A program made the translations under genes and the position numbers. Shown piece by piece: positions 59,322 to 64,000 of a DNA stretch of 64,000 nucleotides. A model generated the notes under the pieces. It was given only the letters and a program-made list of their open reading frames with translations, made no database searches and was not told the origin of the DNA. The stretch lies in contig CP174360.1 in the NCBI GenBank assembly GCA_045401155.1, forward strand, positions 513,490-577,489, read 5' to 3'. Numbering within the stretch: the stretch's first letter is position 1; every line of letters begins with the position of its first letter. The stretch comes from Candidatus Minusculum obligatum (GTDB taxonomy: Bacteria; Patescibacteriota; Minisyncoccia; Phycocordibacterales; Phycocordibacteraceae).

Positions 59322-60056
59322 CTATGGCAACGCGATATCTTTCTTTTCACCACACATAATATCACGACACACATTTGTGTTTGGTCGTGGAATTTTTGCA
59401 AAAAATACTGCAGAAAATACATAGAAAAGCATGTGAAAGATTAAGGCATAGATTATTCCTCCTGACACGTACAAAATGAGAAATGGAATAGCAAACCCAC
59501 CTGCAAGCGCAATAGTGCTGTAATGAAGACCCCACATAAGTCCTGAGGTGAAAAATAGGTATATATGAGAGAGTGCAAAAATTGCTACAAAAATAAGTAC
59601 AATTGCTGGATAGTTTACACCCGCAATCGCAAGCTGGTGCACCAATATTCCTGCCACAAGCTGCTGAGAGAATACGTCCCCTGCTTTTGCAACAATATAC
59701 CGCTCTTCAAGAGAAAGCATTGTTTGCCCAGGAAATAAGGCAACAAGCCATCCGGGACTCCCAATAGTTCCTCGCAAATATGAAAAGACTGCCGGAAACA
59801 ATACAAAGAAACAAAAGATGAGTGCCAGCCACCCAACAAGCTTTACCTCACTAAACAAAAGTGAAACTTCTTTTTGAAAAAGTATTAAAAAAATTACAGA
59901 CCATGCTCCAAAATACAAAAGCGCTCTTGCTGGAGCCGCAACAAATGTGAGTTTAAACATTTGCTTGAAAAGCAAAACATAGCCAACTCGAACAATAGTC
60001 GCAAGCGCGAGTACAATCCAAAACGCTAAAGGAATGGTTAAAAGCACTTCGTACAT
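59322..60056 (-). CDS. CPBP-family (CAAX/Abi) intramembrane metalloprotease-like protein
   Basis: Multi-TM; SLEERYIVAK (EExxxR-like), FALSH (FxxxH), HMLFYVFSA (H) motifs. Confidence 0.45.
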   Translation of the reverse strand: MYEVLLTIPLAFWIVLALATIVRVGYVLLFKQMFKLTFVAAPARALLYFGAWSVIFLILFQKEVSLLFSEVKLVGWLALIFCFFVLFPAVFSYLRGTIGSPGWLVALFPGQTMLSLEERYIVAKAGDVFSQQLVAGILVHQLAIAGVNYPAIVLIFVAIFALSHIYLFFTSGLMWGLHYSTIALAGGFAIPFLILYVSGGIIYALIFHMLFYVFSAVFFAKIPRPNTNVCRDIMCGEKKDIALP

Positions 60057-60121
60057 TAAAAATAGTGTACCGCAATGGTGTACATATCACTAAATTATGA
60101 CAAAATTAATCCAAAGAAAAT

Positions 60122-61027
60122 ATGTCATACATTGGCTTCCCAAAAGAACTTATACCATCGCTGATTTGTCAAAAATGTGAATCTGCTTTGGGCTTGGAAG
60201 TAAAGCAAGAGAATAAAGATAGAATAGTTTCCGGAAATTTAAAGTGTTCAAAGTGTGAGAAAACATACGCCATAAGGAAAGGAGTGGTTTTATTTTTAGA
60301 AAAAGAAGAAGTAAAAAGCGAAATTCAAAAAAAAGAAATTGAAGAGCGCGATAAACAAGCGCAAGGTTATGATAAACGTCTTGCTCCTAGATATTTTAGA
60401 GAAGTTGTGCCCACATTAAAATTTCTTGGAGATACATCTAATAAGAAACTAATTGAATATGCTTGCGGAACTGGACGTGTCACAACAGAGATCAAGGAAG
60501 GAACTCATATTCTAGCCATAGATTTTTCTGTTGAGTCTTTAGAGGTTTTATCGTCAAAAATTAAACCGGATTCTATCACTGGCCTGGTTTTGGCTGATGC
60601 TTCTAAATTTAAATCAGCAAATAATTTTTTTGATTTTGCCCTAGCTGCCCAGTTTATTGAACATTTACCAAGCATTAATGATAGAAAAGAATTTCTACTC
60701 AATGTTTCAAATTCAATAAAAAAAGAAGCTGTTTTTGTTTCAACAGTCTACTATCAGGACCTTAGAAGAAAACTAAAAGGCCTTAAACCTGAAGGCAGTC
60801 ATAAAGATGCTATATTCTTCCATTATTTTTCTATCAAGGAATCTAAGAAAGAATGGTCTGAATACTTTAAACACGTGGAAGTAGTTCCAATCGATATAGA
60901 ACTACCCCTACAAGCTCGATTATCTTTAAGCCCAGAGGTCTCTGGGTTCATATCAGAAAGACTTCAGAATATTTACCCACTTAATCTGTTTGGACACCTA
61001 CTCTGTGTCATAGCAAATAATAAATAG
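60122..61027 (+). CDS. Class I SAM-dependent methyltransferase with N-terminal Trm112-like zinc-ribbon
   Basis: C-x2-C ... C-x2-C (CQKCES...CSKCEK) then a methyltransferase fold (YACGTGRVT, LAIDFS). Confidence 0.6.
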   Translation: MSYIGFPKELIPSLICQKCESALGLEVKQENKDRIVSGNLKCSKCEKTYAIRKGVVLFLEKEEVKSEIQKKEIEERDKQAQGYDKRLAPRYFREVVPTLKFLGDTSNKKLIEYACGTGRVTTEIKEGTHILAIDFSVESLEVLSSKIKPDSITGLVLADASKFKSANNFFDFALAAQFIEHLPSINDRKEFLLNVSNSIKKEAVFVSTVYYQDLRRKLKGLKPEGSHKDAIFFHYFSIKESKKEWSEYFKHVEVVPIDIELPLQARLSLSPEVSGFISERLQNIYPLNLFGHLLCVIANNK

Positions 61028-61105
61028 AGAAGGCGAACATTATTCCAATACCCACTAAACAGAAAATCCGCCAAAGCGGATTTTCTGTTTAGATACTATA
61101 ACGTG

Positions 61106-61177
61106 CTGCCCAGCAGGGAATCGAACCCCGATTTTTGGTGCCAGAAACCAACGTCCTACCGTTAGACGACCGGGCAA
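61106..61177 (-). tRNA. tRNA-Gln (CTG)
   Basis: Reverse complement: U1:A72 acceptor tgcccgg/ctgggca, D-arm gtctaacggtaggac, anticodon stem ttggt/accaa with loop ttCTGgc, T-arm cgggg-ttcgatt-ccctg. Confidence 0.75.
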
Positions 61178-61256
61178 GTAATCCGTAGAATAGTCTAAAA
61201 TCTAATATAATTCAAACGAAATGGGGCGCACCATTTTCAGACACGCCCCAAAAAGA

Positions 61257-61610
61257 TCACAATACTTGAGAAGCACGGATGCTCTCAAACCCCCTCCTCT
61301 GACTATGAGGATCGAGGTTCGGAGTATTGACTCGATGGCCCTTCTCGTACGCCTGTCTGCGAAGCTGCAGATTATGCGGCGAAAGCACCCGCAAACAATC
61401 CATCGGAAGCTCATCAGCAACCTCAGTCAGATGGAAGTGAGCAAGGATTGCCTGACGCCCTTCTTCAGTGAGGCTTTCACTTTCCCAGCGGACGCCAACT
61501 TTTTGAGAAACAGTCCAGGTGTCCTGCTCCTCAAACGACCAATCCGCCTGAATGCATCCATACTCGTCGATATTCACCGAAAAGCAGGCTTTTTGATTTT
61601 CAGAGGACAT
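61257..61610 (-). CDS. Hypothetical protein encoded in a GC-elevated patch next to tRNA-Gln
   Basis: ORF with SD GGAGGAG; ~50% GC vs ~40% flanks; no recognisable family. Confidence 0.4.
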   Translation of the reverse strand: MSSENQKACFSVNIDEYGCIQADWSFEEQDTWTVSQKVGVRWESESLTEEGRQAILAHFHLTEVADELPMDCLRVLSPHNLQLRRQAYEKGHRVNTPNLDPHSQRRGFESIRASQVL

Positions 61611-61683
61611 TTTCTCCTCCCCTTTCTATTTCGAGCTCAATTACTCTTAATTTGAAGATATTCCTCAAATATAAAACTGTCAA

Positions 61684-62610
61684 CTATGACTTCAAGTACT
61701 TTTGTACTGCCAAGAAACTTGAGACTACTCCAAGGAAGATTCCAGAGATAAGGAGGATACCGAACACAAGCGCAAAATGAGACGTATAGTACTCAAAAAT
61801 GTTTACTCCCCCTAGCCATTCTTGCGTATATTCTGCAAAATAGAACGTAACTGGATAGAAAAATATTGCTGTAAGGATAGTTGCAGTAACTCCATAAAGA
61901 ATTCCTTCAACCACAAACGGTCCGCGCACGTACATGTTTGACGCTCCTACAAGGCGCATCACTTTAATCTCCTCTCGTGCTGAGTAAATCGCAAGACGAA
62001 TGGTATTAAAAGCAATAATAATTGAAGCGATAATGAATATTCCTGCAAGAATAATTCCAATACGCTCAACTGCGTCAGTAATACTATTCAATCTTTCAAT
62101 TACAATCTTGTTCTGGAAATAGTTAATATCATCAATGATTGATGTCCCTCCTGCCCCAAGAACGGGATCTGTCTCAAGAAATGCTGCAATACTCTCATAC
62201 TGAGATGGCTCAACAGCCTTAATTGCAAGAGAAGCCCCTAGGGGGTTCTCTCCAAGCTCATCAAGCGCCTGGAGTGTAAGCTGATCATCCTTGTGTCGCT
62301 CACGAAACTCCGCAAGCGCCTGATCCCTATTTGTATAAGTCACGTATGACACCTCTGGAAGACCTTCAATCTGATCCTTAAGTTCTAGAATCTCAGGCTC
62401 TGGAGCGTCTACAACAAAATATACGTTCACATCCACCTTGTCTCGCACCTGATCAAGCACGTTTGTAAGCGTGGTGTTCATAAACATGATAGACCCAATG
62501 ATCATAAGCGTTACCGTCATGATCAAAACGGTCGCAAAAGAAACAAGACTGTTTCTAAAGAAACTAATTGCACCTGCCTTACATACTCGTTTTATATTTG
62601 TGAAAAACAT
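61684..62610 (-). CDS. ftsX: Cell-division ABC transporter permease-like protein FtsX
   Basis: Four-TM FtsX topology with large periplasmic loop; directly downstream of ftsE. Confidence 0.8.
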   Translation of the reverse strand: MFFTNIKRVCKAGAISFFRNSLVSFATVLIMTVTLMIIGSIMFMNTTLTNVLDQVRDKVDVNVYFVVDAPEPEILELKDQIEGLPEVSYVTYTNRDQALAEFRERHKDDQLTLQALDELGENPLGASLAIKAVEPSQYESIAAFLETDPVLGAGGTSIIDDINYFQNKIVIERLNSITDAVERIGIILAGIFIIASIIIAFNTIRLAIYSAREEIKVMRLVGASNMYVRGPFVVEGILYGVTATILTAIFFYPVTFYFAEYTQEWLGGVNIFEYYTSHFALVFGILLISGIFLGVVSSFLAVQKYLKS

Positions 62611-62612
62611 AT

Positions 62613-63293
62613 CTATAGAATATATCGTCCATGCTTATCATCTCGCACCACCTTTCCATTCTCCATGGTAACCACACGACGACCAACTGCATCTACTACC
62701 CCTTTATTGTGTGTTGTTAGGATAACCGTTGTTCCAAGTTCATTAATCTTCTCAAGAATCTGCATGATCTCATGCGTGTTAATTGGATCTAGGTTCCCTG
62801 TTGGCTCATCTGCAATGATAACATCTGGCTGATTGATGATTGCGCGCCCAATCGCAACTCTCTGACGCTCTCCTCCTGAAAGCTCGTGTGGGAAGTGATC
62901 TCCCTTATCTCCAAGACCAACAAGGTCAAGAATGTGTGGCACATCAGATGCAATCTCCGCATCAGTTCTCCCTGCTGCCTCCATAGCAAAGGCAATATTT
63001 TCGTATGTGGTTTTATTATCAATCAAACGGAAGTCCTGAAATACAGTTCCCATTCGCTTTCGATAATTGTGAAGCTCTCCTCGTGGAAGCTCATTCACAC
63101 ACGTAGACTCAAAAAACACACTACCCTCACTTGGCCGCTCCTCTGCCAAAAGCATACGAAGCAGTGTTGTCTTACCTGCTCCTGACTGCCCCACAATAGA
63201 AACAAACTCTTTAGGTCCAATAGAAAGGGTCACACCCTCTACGGCATGTGAACCCTTTCCATACTTCTTGGTTACATTATCAAAATAGATCAT
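62613..63293 (-). CDS. ftsE: Cell-division ATP-binding protein FtsE
   Basis: Walker A GQSGAGKTT, LSGGERQRVAIGRA signature, Walker B IIADEPTGNLD. Confidence 0.9.
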   Translation of the reverse strand: MIYFDNVTKKYGKGSHAVEGVTLSIGPKEFVSIVGQSGAGKTTLLRMLLAEERPSEGSVFFESTCVNELPRGELHNYRKRMGTVFQDFRLIDNKTTYENIAFAMEAAGRTDAEIASDVPHILDLVGLGDKGDHFPHELSGGERQRVAIGRAIINQPDVIIADEPTGNLDPINTHEIMQILEKINELGTTVILTTHNKGVVDAVGRRVVTMENGKVVRDDKHGRYIL

Positions 63294-63311
63294 GGCTCAA
63301 TTCCCTCTATT

Positions 63312-64000
63312 CTACTTCCTCTGCCTCATTGCGTCTATAAAACTATCAAGGTTTCCAGAAAATACCTTTTCTGGGTCACGCACCTCAATGTCTGTACGAT
63401 GATCTTTCACCATTTTATATGGATGTAATACGTATGAACGAATCTGATTTCCCCACTCAATAGCAGTATCCTTTGTCGTTGAAAGATCACGAAGTTCACT
63501 CTTTTTCTCTTCCTCAAGCTTAGTTGCAAGTTTACCTCGAAGCATTGCAAGAGCCTTCTCCCTATTTGCAAGCTGAGAGCGCTCGCTTGAAACATGCACT
63601 GAAAGCCCTGTAGGTGTATGGGTTGCACGAACTGCCGTCTCTCTCTTATTTACATTCTGTCCTCCTGCGCCACCACTTTTTGCAAACGAAAGCTCTATAT
63701 CATCATCTGGAATAGATAGCGTCGTAGACTCTGTAATAACCGGTAACACCTCAACAAGCGCAAATGATGTCTGCCGCTTACCTGCTGAGTTAAATGGAGA
63801 GAGTCGTACAAGTCGATGTACGCCAGATTCATACTGAAGTGTCCCGTACGCGTTTTTACCCGCAACTTCAATTGAAATATTTCGATACCCTCCAAGATCA
63901 TTTGGAGAATCGTCTAATACAAATACATCCCAGCCCTTACTCTCTGCAAAGCTTCGATACATGCGATACAGCATACCTGTGAAATCCTCAGCATCATCTC
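63312..64000 (-). CDS. prfB: Peptide chain release factor 2 (N-terminus beyond window edge)
   Basis: GGQ motif (SGGAGGQNVNKRETAVR) and SPF tripeptide (VRLSPFNSAGKRQTSFA) diagnostic of RF2; the ORF continues past 64000. Confidence 0.85.
   Translation of the reverse strand, partial: DDAEDFTGMLYRMYRSFAESKGWDVFVLDDSPNDLGGYRNISIEVAGKNAYGTLQYESGVHRLVRLSPFNSAGKRQTSFALVEVLPVITESTTLSIPDDDIELSFAKSGGAGGQNVNKRETAVRATHTPTGLSVHVSSERSQLANREKALAMLRGKLATKLEEEKKSELRDLSTTKDTAIEWGNQIRSYVLHPYKMVKDHRTDIEVRDPEKVFSGNLDSFIDAMRQRK

Noticed and set aside
63312-64000. Programmed +1 frameshift site of prfB
   Set aside because: The N-terminal region where the CTTTGAC shift site would lie is beyond the window edge.

Overview
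This 64 kb window is a gene-dense bacterial segment of low GC (about 40-43% over most of its length) dominated by conserved housekeeping genes. The gene content (informational proteins, cell-division, cell-envelope and RNR genes) and several apparently reduced proteins (about 495-aa IF-2, about 360-aa S1, 726-aa ValRS) fit a reduced-genome bacterium, possibly Patescibacteria/CPR-like; this placement is an inference.

Feature classes called from sequence:
- Protein-coding genes: clpB, infB-rbfA, gyrA, rpsA, pth, lepB, rpsU-ybeY, ftsA-ftsZ, trxB, murB, tsaD, valS, lepA, murJ, nrdAB, htpX, groES/EL, secG, rnj, ftsEX and a partial prfB.
- Eight tRNAs read by eye, including a four-tRNA cluster directly after rbfA.
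- rnpB (RNase P RNA) on the minus strand at about 44460..44778, immediately after a DUF192 gene and upstream of nrdA.
- Two further GC-rich ORF-free elements with terminator hairpins that look like structured RNA genes but that I could not classify: 17150..17745 and 56236..56481.

Notable non-core content:
- A tRNA-adjacent accessory island (8.8-13.5 kb) with a high-GC SPFH(HflK/C-like)/NfeD-like pair, four tandem paralogous two-helix small membrane proteins (VirB2/TrbC-pilin-like architecture, one with a 30-nt tandem repeat), an orphan solute-binding protein and a methyltransferase.
- Several short, sharply GC-elevated patches (about 55-60% GC) encoding small membrane proteins, suggesting scattered horizontal acquisitions from a GC-rich donor.
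- An alternative-oxidase-like di-iron protein, a trypsin-like protease homolog without an obvious catalytic triad next to clpB, a HisRS-like paralog with divergent active-site motifs, and two HhH-GPD glycosylases lacking Fe-S cysteine motifs.

No CRISPR array, integrase or transposase was recognised.
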